Virus record (IMG/VR): IMGVR_UViG_3300025016_000004
Strand: one strand, 5' to 3'
DNA length: 64,000 nucleotides
DNA from: a virus
Taxonomy: Duplodnaviria > Caudoviricetes
The notes beneath the pieces were generated by a model that was not told the DNA's origin, did no database searches, and saw only the letters and a list, made by a program, of their open reading frames with translations. Within the stretch, counting starts at the first letter, position 1. Every line of letters starts with the position of its first letter. Both the position numbers and the translations under genes were made by a program. Of this stretch, positions 38,191-48,030 are shown piece after piece.

Positions 38191-38490
38191 ATGGGTAAGA
38201 AATATTGTGATTGCGGTAAGCCAGCGAAATGGTTATACATGCCAGGTTATAGTGATAGTGATAATGATTTTTCATGTGATGATTGTGTTCCAAGAGGTTG
38301 CTCTTGTAATTCACACCATTTATTTAATAAATGGGAAAGTGCACCAACCGACAAAGATGGGGTTGAAGGTAAAGATTGGAAGTGGCTTGAGAAAGACGTT
38401 GAATGGACTCCATTAGATAGTAAGGGTAGAGAATACCCATGTTGTGAATTTGAATATGATACAGACGAAGATACTTTTAGTGATTTATAG
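38191..38490 (+). CDS. Cys-rich small protein
   Basis: CDC, CDDC, CSC, CC clusters. Confidence 0.7.
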   Translation: MGKKYCDCGKPAKWLYMPGYSDSDNDFSCDDCVPRGCSCNSHHLFNKWESAPTDKDGVEGKDWKWLEKDVEWTPLDSKGREYPCCEFEYDTDEDTFSDL

Positions 38491-38533
38491 GTAAAAAATT
38501 TGTTTATTCATTTTTTTATAGTATAATTGCGTC

Positions 38534-38965
38534 ATGATAGAATCGTTTAAAGGTCAATATGCTTGGTTAAGCAACATGACACCAGTTAAAATAATGTATG
38601 ATGGAATTGAATATCCATCAGTCGAACACGCTTATATGTCGGCCAAATCGCATAATATGGAATGGAAATCTAGATGTGCCGATGGTCAAATATCAGCAAG
38701 ACAAATAAAAGCTGAAAGTAAAGGTATCTTCTTAATTGAGGGTTGGCATGATTTCAAACTTGATGTAATGAGAGAATGTATTAACCAGAAGTTTTCTCAA
38801 GAACCATATAAAACCCAATTGGATGAAACGGGTAACATGTATATTCAAGAAGGCAACTGGTGGAATGATACTTTTTGGGGTGTTGTTATCAAAACTGGTA
38901 TAGGTGAAAACAATTTAGGTAAATTAATAATGGAAAAAAGGGATGAAAACAGAAAAAATAAATGA
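38534..38965 (+). CDS. NADAR (YbiA-like) family protein
   Basis: WLSNM..YPSVEHAYMSAK..KFSQ..EGNWWNDTFWG..GENNLGKLIM. Confidence 0.92.
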   Translation: MIESFKGQYAWLSNMTPVKIMYDGIEYPSVEHAYMSAKSHNMEWKSRCADGQISARQIKAESKGIFLIEGWHDFKLDVMRECINQKFSQEPYKTQLDETGNMYIQEGNWWNDTFWGVVIKTGIGENNLGKLIMEKRDENRKNK

Positions 38966-39311
38966 ACTAATTGCTGAATTTATGGGTTATTCCAAACACC
39001 CCGATTACAATGGATATGAAATTGATGGTGACCCATATCATGCTAGTCAATTAAGATATCATGAAAAATGGGATAAATTAATGTTGGTGGTTGAAAAAAT
39101 CGAATCAATCAAAGATGAGCATCATGGCTATTTCGCTGTATATATTGGTGCTAACGGGTGTACCATTCAAGGTACTAAATTAAGGCTTGATAAACCAATT
39201 GCTAATCCACCAATATATTTTAATAATGTTGTATTAAGTACAAAGTTAGAAGCAACATATCAGGCGGTACTTAATTTCATTAAATGGTATAATAAACAAA
39301 TAAAAAAATAA
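38943..39311 (+). CDS. Hypothetical phage protein
   Basis: ORF track. Confidence 0.65.
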   Translation: MKTEKINELIAEFMGYSKHPDYNGYEIDGDPYHASQLRYHEKWDKLMLVVEKIESIKDEHHGYFAVYIGANGCTIQGTKLRLDKPIANPPIYFNNVVLSTKLEATYQAVLNFIKWYNKQIKK

Positions 39312-39313
39312 TT

Positions 39314-39568
39314 ATGTTAGAACAAATTTTAGAAAATTATGAAGATGAGTAAATCTTCATAGCTGATGGTTTTGATAAAGCTGTTATTGGTATTGCAACT
39401 GATTTTACAGACCCAAGATTAATATACTCTGTAAGTAAATGTATTGCAATATTAATGGAACGAGATGAAATGTCGTATGAAGAAGCATATGAATATTTTA
39501 CATATAACGTTTCTGGCGGTTACATAGAAAATGGACCGATTTGGTGTTGGGATGATTTTGAGTGGTAA
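39314..39568 (+). pseudogene. Small phage gene with in-frame TAA at 39350
   Basis: Frame continues IFIADGFDKAVIG..EEAYEYF.YNV to a stop at 39566. Confidence 0.65.
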
Positions 39569-39621
39569 AAATTTATTATTTTCAAATAAATTTAGTATAT
39601 TTGCAACACAAAATATAAATT

Positions 39622-40218
39622 ATGATAATACAATTAGTAGATAGAAATAAAGAAATGTGCGATGCATGGGCAAAAGAATTCGTGGATTGTGACGATGTTA
39701 TTACATTTTGTGGCGACTTTTTCACACCAGAAACTGACTGCATAGTATCACCAGCAAATTCATTTGGGTTTATGGATGGCGGCTTAGATGGTGTGATTAC
39801 TAAACGTTTAGGTTCACAAGTTGAGAAAAATATTCAAGACCGAATTAAAGAAACTGATATAAAAGAATTATTGGTTGGTCAAGCAATAATGGTTCCAACT
39901 GAAAACAAAGAAATACCATTTTGTATTTCAGCACCAACAATGAGAGTCTCCATGAATATTGAGAATACAGTTAATGTCTATTTAGCGGCCAAAGCTATTT
40001 TTAGTCAATTAAAAGGTGAAACTAGAATTAATAAAGTTACAATTAGTGGTTTAGGAACTGGTGTGGGTAATGTATCACCTGAAATATGTGCCGCACAGAT
40101 GAAACAAGCTTATGATGAAATTTGGTTAGGTAAATCAAAATTCCCGAATTCTTTAAAAGATGCTTTTTTATTAAACATAAAATATATTAATGAATCCATT
40201 AGAAAAAATAGAAAATGA
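39622..40218 (+). CDS. Macrodomain (ADP-ribose-binding/hydrolase) protein
   Basis: GD..IVSPANSFGFMDGGLD..APTM..GLGTGVG. Confidence 0.92.
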   Translation: MIIQLVDRNKEMCDAWAKEFVDCDDVITFCGDFFTPETDCIVSPANSFGFMDGGLDGVITKRLGSQVEKNIQDRIKETDIKELLVGQAIMVPTENKEIPFCISAPTMRVSMNIENTVNVYLAAKAIFSQLKGETRINKVTISGLGTGVGNVSPEICAAQMKQAYDEIWLGKSKFPNSLKDAFLLNIKYINESIRKNRK

Positions 40219-40477
40219 CCCTAGATTGCAGACCATACTACATGGTTTAACCCAAATGTGGCACTATCCTGAAGAATTTTTAGCGTTAGTTGTATATCAT
40301 ACTGATGATTTTGATTTAGCTAATGAAAGTATTGAAATGTTTTCTGAACATGATATTGATTTGGAAGAAGTATTCATTCAAATAATGGATATTACTGATT
40401 TTAAAGAAAGGTGTTTGAATAGTGAATATTTAAACCGAGAACGTTGCAAAGAAGTATATGATGAAAGAACTTTATGA
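40190..40477 (+). CDS. Hypothetical protein
   Basis: ORF track. Confidence 0.6.
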   Translation: MNPLEKIENDPRLQTILHGLTQMWHYPEEFLALVVYHTDDFDLANESIEMFSEHDIDLEEVFIQIMDITDFKERCLNSEYLNRERCKEVYDERTL

Positions 40478-40590
40478 GTTTATAAATAAAAGAATTGAAC
40501 ATATTGAGAATTCAGCAACATCTTCAATGGGGTTAGGTAGAATTTTAGAGTTAAATATTATAAAGTTTAAAGTAGAATAATTACTGAAAG

Positions 40591-40851
40591 ATGGATAGAG
40601 ATGTAAAATTAAAACAATTACGTTATAAATTTCCAAAATTGATAAGTGAAGGTAAAGTTAAAATTTCTACTAGAAGAAGTGAAAATTCAAATAACCGCAT
40701 GATAAATTTCTTAATACCCGCTGAAATAGTAGTTTATTTAGAGACTTCATGTTACTTTGAAGATGGTAAAGTTGGAAGGGATAAAGTTACTAGTTGGTTA
40801 AGACGTAATAATTATAGATATTCACCATTGTTTGATTCATATCTATATTAA
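40591..40851 (+). CDS. Hypothetical protein
   Basis: ORF track. Confidence 0.6.
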   Translation: MDRDVKLKQLRYKFPKLISEGKVKISTRRSENSNNRMINFLIPAEIVVYLETSCYFEDGKVGRDKVTSWLRRNNYRYSPLFDSYLY

Positions 40852-40862
40852 TAAATTAAAAA

Positions 40863-41396
40863 ATGAAAAATAATAGTAAATTTTTAAGTTTGGTTTTAAG
40901 ACATAAACCTGAAACCATTAAAATAAAATTGGATAAAAATGGATGGGTTGAGGTTGATGAATTATTAGCTAAATTAAAACAGCATAATAAAGAGATTCCT
41001 TTAATGGAATTAAAGGAAATTGTTTATTTTAATGATAAAAAACGTTTCGAATTTAACGAAGATGAAACCAAAATTAGAGCGGCTCAAGGTCATAGTGTAA
41101 AGGTTGATTTACAACTTAAAGCTCAACGACCACCAATGGAGTTATACCATGGAACTGTATCTAAATTTCTGGATGCAATCAAAAAAGATGGTCTAAAGAA
41201 AATGAATCGCCATGCAGTCAATTTAAGCCATGATTTATCTACTGCGACTAAAGTTGGTAGTAGAAGAGGTGAGGCAATCATATTGGTTGTTAATAGTGGT
41301 GCTATGTATGCTGATAAATTCAAGTTCTTTCAATCAAAGAATGGTGTTTGGTTAGTGGATGAAGTTCCACCAAAATATATAAAAGTTAAAGAATAA
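40863..41396 (+). CDS. kptA: RNA 2'-phosphotransferase (Tpt1/KptA)
   Basis: SKFLSLVLRH, DKKRF, IRAAQGHS, LYHGT, NGVWL. Confidence 0.95.
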   Translation: MKNNSKFLSLVLRHKPETIKIKLDKNGWVEVDELLAKLKQHNKEIPLMELKEIVYFNDKKRFEFNEDETKIRAAQGHSVKVDLQLKAQRPPMELYHGTVSKFLDAIKKDGLKKMNRHAVNLSHDLSTATKVGSRRGEAIILVVNSGAMYADKFKFFQSKNGVWLVDEVPPKYIKVKE

Positions 41397-41791
41397 TGTA
41401 TAAAAAAATAATTGAAATTGAAATTAACGATATTAGGTATGAGGCTGAAATATTATTACCTGAATATGATGAATCATTAAATCGTAACCCAAATAATTAT
41501 AAAGTTGTTATTGAAAATGCCGATGAAGATTTGATTCTATATCTTAATGACCGTTTGGTTAATACAGAATATCATAATTCAAAACCAATAGCGTCTTCAT
41601 ATAAAATTGATTGTAAGATTTTTTATAAAAAACTTCATGTTGGTACATTAAAGGGTGTATTTCCTACTATAATAGACGCTAATTTTGAACACATTGTACT
41701 TAAATCAGATATATTTGAACTAGAAGTATTTAAACTGTTAGAAGGGACAAAAACCTTAAATGGTACTAAAATTTATAAACTAGGAGAATGA
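41396..41791 (+). CDS. Hypothetical protein
   Basis: ORF track. Confidence 0.6.
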   Translation: MYKKIIEIEINDIRYEAEILLPEYDESLNRNPNNYKVVIENADEDLILYLNDRLVNTEYHNSKPIASSYKIDCKIFYKKLHVGTLKGVFPTIIDANFEHIVLKSDIFELEVFKLLEGTKTLNGTKIYKLGE

Positions 41792-41945
41792 TAATAGAAG
41801 AAACAGAAAATGGTGATTTAAAGTTTGGAACGAATAATTTTGATGGTTTGAATAAGGGAATAGTGATTTTCCCTGAAAATTTGAGTGATATCAAAAAATT
41901 AGAACAAATTAAATTATTTTTAGAAAATATATTAAAAAAAGATTA

Positions 41946-42449
41946 ATGGGTGATATTAAATATTGGTTTAAAAGAAAATTTTGGCAAATACGTAACGTAT
42001 TTAGATGGTTACCTATCATTTGGAATCAATTCGATTTTGATTATAGATATGCCATTGATGTATTTAAATTTCAATTACAAAAAACTTCAGATTATTTAAA
42101 TTCAGATAAAGCAATGACTTTATCAGCTAAAGATAATCATAAACGTTTACAGATGATAATTAATTTAATGGATAAAGTTTATGATGAAGAATATGGAGGT
42201 GAATATTATGATAAACTAATTGAACTATATGGTGAAGATATATTAAAGCATAAATTTATTCCATGTGAAGACAATCAAGGTTATAGTGAGTTGAAATATT
42301 CATATGAATTAACTGAAACCCCTGAGCGGATTAAAGAGATTAATGAAACTAGATTAAGGTTGTTAAAAGAAAGCCATGAAAAACAACTTAGAGCGCATAA
42401 ACTTTTATGGGAATTAGTGGAACATAACATTCAAAAAATGTGGGATTAA
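41946..42449 (+). CDS. Hypothetical phage protein
   Basis: ORF track. Confidence 0.65.
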   Translation: MGDIKYWFKRKFWQIRNVFRWLPIIWNQFDFDYRYAIDVFKFQLQKTSDYLNSDKAMTLSAKDNHKRLQMIINLMDKVYDEEYGGEYYDKLIELYGEDILKHKFIPCEDNQGYSELKYSYELTETPERIKEINETRLRLLKESHEKQLRAHKLLWELVEHNIQKMWD

Positions 42450-43378
42450 TGTTTGAAATATATAAAATATATGGGTGTATAAGTGCTATATCTGAGCGTT
42501 GTAGAAATAAAATAAAAAATATAAAGGTTATATTTGGAATTTTAAAAATTAATAAAATTAAAGATAATTTAGAAATAAAAAATACAAATAAAAAGGGGCG
42601 ACGCTTCATCTTGGGCGACATACATGGCGCATATTTAGCACTTTTACAAGTTTTAGAACGTTGTGGATTTGACTATGATAATGATGAGCTTATAACCATT
42701 GGTGATATTGTTGATGGATGGGGCGATTCATTCATGGTGGTTGAAGAGTTGCTTAAGATTAAGAATAGAATTGATATTCGTGGGAATCATGACTTTTGGT
42801 TTCAAGAGTTTTTAGACACTACCGTTCATTCAGAACGATGGGGGATGGGTGCTTTATCTACAGCTAAATCATACGCAAAAGCTGCTGGGATTGAATTATT
42901 GATTCAAAAGTTACCAAGTAAAGATGATGAATTTTTTAGAGATAATGGATATATTTTGAATTTTAATTCAGGTGATGTACCAGATAGTCATAAAGCTTTC
43001 TTCAGAAAACAAAACAATTATTATAAAGACCACCTTAATAATTTATTTGTTCATGGTGGGTTTAATCTAGGTATTCCGATAAAACAAACTTTACCTTACA
43101 TATTCATGTGGGATAGACATTTATGGAAAAGAGCGTTAGAGATTAAAGATTCAGGAATGATGTTGATTTATCCTGAACAATTCAACCAAATATTCATTGG
43201 ACATACAGCGGTAAGAGGTACTGAACCTATAAAAGCTGATAAGATTTGGAATGTTGATACTGGTGCTGGTGGGGGTGGTAAATTAACTATAATGGATATT
43301 GATACCAACGAATATTGGCAGTCAGATAACGTACCCGATTTATATCCTGATGATGAACATAATAAAAACAATTGGTAA
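42440..43378 (+). CDS. PPP-type (lambda-like Ser/Thr) metallophosphoesterase; true start probably downstream
   Basis: GDIHG, GDIVDG, RGNHD, FVHGG, IGHT, DTG. Confidence 0.88.
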   Translation: MGLMFEIYKIYGCISAISERCRNKIKNIKVIFGILKINKIKDNLEIKNTNKKGRRFILGDIHGAYLALLQVLERCGFDYDNDELITIGDIVDGWGDSFMVVEELLKIKNRIDIRGNHDFWFQEFLDTTVHSERWGMGALSTAKSYAKAAGIELLIQKLPSKDDEFFRDNGYILNFNSGDVPDSHKAFFRKQNNYYKDHLNNLFVHGGFNLGIPIKQTLPYIFMWDRHLWKRALEIKDSGMMLIYPEQFNQIFIGHTAVRGTEPIKADKIWNVDTGAGGGGKLTIMDIDTNEYWQSDNVPDLYPDDEHNKNNW

Positions 43379-43953
43379 TGAAATATAAAATTAAAGAAGA
43401 ATTAAGAAGAGGTTTATTAGAAAAGAAAGGTGACACTTATGATTATGGGTGTGTTATGCTTTATTTTAATATAAAGAAAAGTGATTGGGATAGGATTCAA
43501 TCATTAATAGCTGATGAGGACCTTTATGAAGAAGAAGGTGACCAGACATATGGCCGTGAAAATGACCCACATGTAACCGTATTATATGGTTTGCATGCGG
43601 ATGTTCCAGATTCTAAAATTGAAGAATTGGTTGATGGACTTAAACCAACGGAATTGATATTGAAAAAGATTTCAATCTTCGAGAATAATGATAAATATGA
43701 CGTTGTTAAATTCGATATCACTGGGGTTAGTAAAGGTAAGTTAAGTGATATGAATACTAAATTTGTAAAATTACCTCATACAAGCGATTACCCCGATTAT
43801 TATCCACATGCAACGATAGCATATGTTAAAGCTGGAACTGGTAAGAAATATGTACAAACGTTATCTACTAAAGATGCGATTACTGTAGAAGCAAAAGATT
43901 TTAGATATAGTAAGGCTGATGGGACTGAAAACAAATATAAATTAAAATGGTAG
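43378..43953 (+). CDS. 2H phosphodiesterase, Acb1/gp57B-like
   Basis: PHVTVLYG and PHATIAY HxT motifs. Confidence 0.8.
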   Translation: MKYKIKEELRRGLLEKKGDTYDYGCVMLYFNIKKSDWDRIQSLIADEDLYEEEGDQTYGRENDPHVTVLYGLHADVPDSKIEELVDGLKPTELILKKISIFENNDKYDVVKFDITGVSKGKLSDMNTKFVKLPHTSDYPDYYPHATIAYVKAGTGKKYVQTLSTKDAITVEAKDFRYSKADGTENKYKLKW

Positions 43954-44330
43954 AACAAATTAAAAAAGACATGGTACAAGCCATGAAAGAAGGTGATACA
44001 CTTAAAAGAGATGTGTTACGAGTATTACGAGGTGAATTACAAAGAGGTTTCTTAACTGAAGATGCTGATGTAATTAGAACAGTTAAAAAAATGATTGAAA
44101 ATATCAAAGAAAACGGTGGTAATGATGCTGAAGTTGAAGTGTTGGAAAAATATTTACCCCAACAAATAACTGAATCTCAAATGAGATATTTGGTTAAAGA
44201 AGTTATCAACAAAGATGATATCGAATCAATGAGTGGTATGGGGCTTATTATGGCTCATTTCAAAAGTAAATATGATGGGACATACGATGGTAGGGTGTTA
44301 AGTACAATAGTTAGAGACGAATTATCATGA
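43947..44330 (+). CDS. GatB/YqeY domain protein
   Basis: IKKDMVQAMK..LEKYLPQQ..MGLIM..DGRVLSTIV. Confidence 0.88.
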   Translation: MVEQIKKDMVQAMKEGDTLKRDVLRVLRGELQRGFLTEDADVIRTVKKMIENIKENGGNDAEVEVLEKYLPQQITESQMRYLVKEVINKDDIESMSGMGLIMAHFKSKYDGTYDGRVLSTIVRDELS

Positions 44331-44337
44331 GCATATA

Positions 44338-44655
44338 ATGAAAGCGTATAAATTAGTACGAGAATTGAAAAATGGCGAAATCACTTCCTTATTCATCAAC
44401 AAGCAAGAGCGATATGATTTTGGGATTTGGTATGAGGCGCAAAACCATCCAACAAACGGTTTTGCGGAAAGACCATTTTTTCATTGTACAGCTAAGATGT
44501 CAGCACCACATTTGAAAACGCAACTTAAAACTGGTGAAAATCGAATTTGGGTTGAATTGGAAATCGATGGGTTTACTGAAATGAAACGCCCCGAAAATCA
44601 AGGTGGTGTATGGTATCTAGCAGAAAAAATTAAATTCATTAAAAAAATACTTTAA
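44338..44655 (+). CDS. Hypothetical phage protein
   Basis: ORF track. Confidence 0.65.
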   Translation: MKAYKLVRELKNGEITSLFINKQERYDFGIWYEAQNHPTNGFAERPFFHCTAKMSAPHLKTQLKTGENRIWVELEIDGFTEMKRPENQGGVWYLAEKIKFIKKIL

Positions 44656-44665
44656 ATAATAAGCT

Positions 44666-45169
44666 ATGACAATATTTTTTATGATAACAACCATTATGTT
44701 TTTAACTTTATGGTTAAATACTTTCTGGATTACAAAAACACCTGATATCATTAAATCAATTGAGCGTGAATATCAAAATATGCGTGATAGAGGTTGGGAT
44801 AGAATATTCTTGATGTTTGATTTGCATGGGACTATCATAAAACCTAATAGGGCTGTCGGAAATACTGACCTTGTTTATTATCCTTACGCTAAAGAAACAC
44901 TTCAATTACTTAGTAAACAGAGTGATTTAGATTTAAATATCTACACATGTTCACATGAAGATGAGATTATTGAATATCAAGCAAAGTTCAAAGAAGATGG
45001 AATAATCTTCAAATATGTGAATGAAAACCCTGATGTTCAAACAAGTGGGTATGGAAATTATGATAAGAAGCCATACATGAATATCTTATTTGAAGATAAA
45101 AGCGGTTTTGACCCAACAAAATGGAAGCTTATTTACGATTATTTTAAGGAAAAATATAAAGATTCTTGA
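44666..45169 (+). CDS. HAD-like protein with N-terminal TM segment
   Basis: FDLHGT, YTCS, FEDK. Confidence 0.7.
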   Translation: MTIFFMITTIMFLTLWLNTFWITKTPDIIKSIEREYQNMRDRGWDRIFLMFDLHGTIIKPNRAVGNTDLVYYPYAKETLQLLSKQSDLDLNIYTCSHEDEIIEYQAKFKEDGIIFKYVNENPDVQTSGYGNYDKKPYMNILFEDKSGFDPTKWKLIYDYFKEKYKDS

Positions 45170-45214
45170 CTTTTCTAATAAATTGTAATATTTATATGTA
45201 TAAGTATTACAATT

Positions 45215-45367
45215 ATGAAAAGAAAAAAAATTAAAAAAACATTTACATTAGATGAAGAAATTTATAATAACTTCTGTGAATTAGCTGATTCATTAGCAAT
45301 TAATAAGTCAAAATTTGTTGATAATAAATTGAAAGAATTCATAAAACTTAATAGTGATGAAAAATAA
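45215..45367 (+). CDS. Small ribbon-helix-helix-like protein
   Basis: KKTFTLDEEIYNNF..INKSKFVDNKLKEFI; ATATTTATA upstream. Confidence 0.6.
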   Translation: MKRKKIKKTFTLDEEIYNNFCELADSLAINKSKFVDNKLKEFIKLNSDEK

Positions 45368-45369
45368 GT

Positions 45370-45543
45370 TTTATATTACGTTTAGGGTGGTCACCAACTA
45401 AATACGATAAAAGTAATAATATTATAACTAAAGATAGGGCTATTAAAATGTTCTTATCTGATGGTAAAATGAGAGCACCAAATTGTAAAGTCGATATTGT
45501 AAAATTAGATTGGTTTAATAAGAAATATAATAATGGTCTTTAA
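45370..45543 (+). pseudogene. Possible remnant of a glutamyl-tRNA synthetase-like gene
   Basis: Startless frame ILRLGWSP..IITKDRAIKMF..KLDWFNKKY resembles the GluRS segment after KMSK. Confidence 0.45.
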
Positions 45544-45596
45544 TTACTTGGTTAATTAGAAAAAATTGTGTATATTTGCATTAAATAAAATTAGTT

Positions 45597-46010
45597 ATGA
45601 GTGAAATGGTAGATAAGTTAAAAGCCATACTTGAAAGTGAAGAGGGTAAAAAGGCAACTGAAGAATATTTCGGTAGGCTTGCTCGTGCTGATAAACGACA
45701 AAAAAAGAGAGTTAAAAATCTTAATAAATACGTTCAAACATTAACTAATGAGTGTTTACATAGTTTAGTAGTTAGATATTGTAAATGGGAAGAAAAGATT
45801 CAGGATAGATTATATTATCGTGGGATTGATGGTAGTAGTACGTTGATGGGCGTAGTGTTTGATTTTTTTCAAGAATATGGAACTGAATTAGAGAGTGAAG
45901 ATATGTTTCAAACAGCTCGTTATCAATTTAGAAACTATGAAATGAGCCTTTATCAAGGTCAAGGTTGCTTTTTTAAAATAGAATACATAGAAAAAACAAG
46001 ATTAATATAA
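45597..46010 (+). CDS. Hypothetical protein
   Basis: ORF after promoter. Confidence 0.65.
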   Translation: MSEMVDKLKAILESEEGKKATEEYFGRLARADKRQKKRVKNLNKYVQTLTNECLHSLVVRYCKWEEKIQDRLYYRGIDGSSTLMGVVFDFFQEYGTELESEDMFQTARYQFRNYEMSLYQGQGCFFKIEYIEKTRLI

Positions 46011-46366
46011 TGGTATTAGTAAAATTTGAAATAGAAGAGTATCACTTAATTTTAATTAAGCATTTGGGTTGGGAAATAATCAAAGACAGTAATAAAATAT
46101 CAAGCTTTATCGAAGAAGGTGCTGAAACACCTTTTGGTGGTTTTCACATTATTGAAGACATTGGTATTATGTTATTTGGTAAACCAGAAGATGATTTTGA
46201 CCCATTAAGCCCATATGGACCACAATACACTGATGAACAAAAAGAAATCATAAAACGTGTATGGTATACATTACCAAAAGCGTTAGAAATTTGCTGTTAT
46301 GTACAGAAATTTGAAGCTGGAGTTTATCGCACAAAATATAATCTTAAAAACTGGAAAAAGATATAA
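46010..46366 (+). CDS. Hypothetical protein
   Basis: ORF track. Confidence 0.65.
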   Translation: MVLVKFEIEEYHLILIKHLGWEIIKDSNKISSFIEEGAETPFGGFHIIEDIGIMLFGKPEDDFDPLSPYGPQYTDEQKEIIKRVWYTLPKALEICCYVQKFEAGVYRTKYNLKNWKKI

Positions 46367-47317
46367 ATGGAATCAGTAATATTTAATCTAAATGAAACTA
46401 ATAGTTTATTCAATGGAATAATTGATTCCAGTTGGCACGCAATTGTTTTGGGTGAAGTTGCAATTCCAATCTTTAAAGATGGTGAAACATGCCCACATTT
46501 TAAAACAAGTGTTAGAGGTAAAAGAGTGTATCTTCTTACATCACCAAATTCATCATTAAAAATCATGCAACTAATGTTAGCAATAGATGCCCTTAAACGA
46601 GCTAGTGCTGCTGAAATAATACCCATAATACCTTATTTTCCTTATGCTAGACAAGATAAACGTGACCAACGAAGAGGCCCAATTGGTGCTAGAGTTATGG
46701 TTGAAATGATTGAAGGTAGAGGGGCAACGTCTATTATTACATTAGACTTGCATTCAGACCAAATTGAAGGGTTTTTTAGAATACCCGTAATTCATTTAAG
46801 AGGTAAATATCTATTCCATGATTATATAGTTAAAACAAGCTCTTCTAAGACCGTTTTATGCTCACCTGACGCTGGTGGATTAAAACGTGTTAAAATGATA
46901 AGAGACCTTATATATAAGCGTAATGAAAGTATTAAATTATCATTCGTATCAATAGATAAAACTAGGTCGGAAGCTAACAATGTTGATAGTATGGAAGTGT
47001 TGGGTAATGTTGAAGGTAAAGATGTTTTGGTAATAGATGATATGTGTGATACTGGTAATACATTGGTTAAAGGAGCCAATGCATTATTAGCCGCTGGGGC
47101 ATTAACCGTTAGAGTGTTGGTAACGCATGCGGTTATGAGTGGTAATGCTTATGAGATGATTGAAAGTTCTATTATTGATGAATTTATTTGTTCAAATTCA
47201 TTAGAACAAGAAGAAGAAATATATAATATGGGTGGTAAATTGACCGTCATTTCAGTGGCAAATGAAATAGCAAATGCAATAATTAATATTAATAACAGTG
47301 GAAGTATTCACAGATAA
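46367..47317 (+). CDS. prs: Ribose-phosphate pyrophosphokinase-family protein
   Basis: PYFPYARQDK, TLDLHSDQIEGFF, SPDAGG, IDDMCDTGNT. Confidence 0.9.
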   Translation: MESVIFNLNETNSLFNGIIDSSWHAIVLGEVAIPIFKDGETCPHFKTSVRGKRVYLLTSPNSSLKIMQLMLAIDALKRASAAEIIPIIPYFPYARQDKRDQRRGPIGARVMVEMIEGRGATSIITLDLHSDQIEGFFRIPVIHLRGKYLFHDYIVKTSSSKTVLCSPDAGGLKRVKMIRDLIYKRNESIKLSFVSIDKTRSEANNVDSMEVLGNVEGKDVLVIDDMCDTGNTLVKGANALLAAGALTVRVLVTHAVMSGNAYEMIESSIIDEFICSNSLEQEEEIYNMGGKLTVISVANEIANAIININNSGSIHR

Positions 47318-47324
47318 GATTATA

Positions 47325-47552
47325 ATGGATGAATTAGAATTATTAATGTCGCAATGTGAGATATACTTAGACGTACCAAAAGAGCGTGTAGGTGGTCAAG
47401 TAGCTGGCATGCAGTATTACCCTACAGTTGTTGAACATAAAGACTTAGGAATTAAGATAACTATAAACTCTAGTAAATCACAATATAAGAATAAAGAACT
47501 TGCTAAAACCCTTATGGAATTAGCCATTTTAGATTTAATTAAATTAAAATAA
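47325..47552 (+). CDS. Minimal GGQ (release-factor catalytic domain-like) protein
   Basis: VGGQ..VEHKDLGIKI..SKSQYKNKELA parallels RF GGQ..H.PTGI..RSQHKNK..A. Confidence 0.72.
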   Translation: MDELELLMSQCEIYLDVPKERVGGQVAGMQYYPTVVEHKDLGIKITINSSKSQYKNKELAKTLMELAILDLIKLK

Positions 47553-47809
47553 TGAAGATTACGTGGAATTTTAGAGTGTTGGTCACAGAACATAAACATG
47601 CTGATGGTGAAGTGGAAACTTGGTTGGCTATTCATGAAGTTTATAGTGATGACAAAAGTAACCCCCATAGTTATACAGAAAACTCAGTTGATATTTCTGG
47701 AAATACAAAAAAAGAGTTGAAGTAGCGTATTAAAAATGAAGGAATGTTTAAACAAACCTTATTTATGGGGTGATGATAGATTCCCACAAGAATATAAAAA
47801 AGGTGAGTA
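47552..47809 (+). pseudogene. Small phage gene interrupted by TAG at 47723
   Basis: WNFRVL..IHEVY..YTEN then LWGDDRFPQEY after the stop. Confidence 0.5.
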
Positions 47810-48030
47810 GTTTTACAGACCCAATTATTAAGCAACTTAGAAAATCTATTCCTGAATCTGAAGCAAGACTTAGACAGCTTAAGAAAGAGATAATACCTGA
47901 ATTCATTAAACCATATCACGTTAGGATATGTGAATTGATGGAAGGTAATCTTGAAGCTAATATAAGGTTTCTTAAAAAGATGGAAGCGTTTAAAAATGAA
48001 GAAATGACATCGAAATTTAAAAAGAAAAAA

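Noticed and set aside
46367-47317. Assignment to the NARP1 anti-defence pathway
   Set aside because: No Namat partner in the window and canonical Prs motifs; kept only as a low-interest question.
47552-47809. Stop-codon recoding (TAG or TAA read as sense) for the genome
   Set aside because: Long genes are intact in code 11, several end in TAG, the interruptions use mixed stop types, and no suppressor-anticodon tRNA was found.
47770-48030. N-terminal extension of the dNMP kinase
   Set aside because: The kinase P-loop begins right after ATG 48031; the upstream part is more likely a separate or fused small gene.
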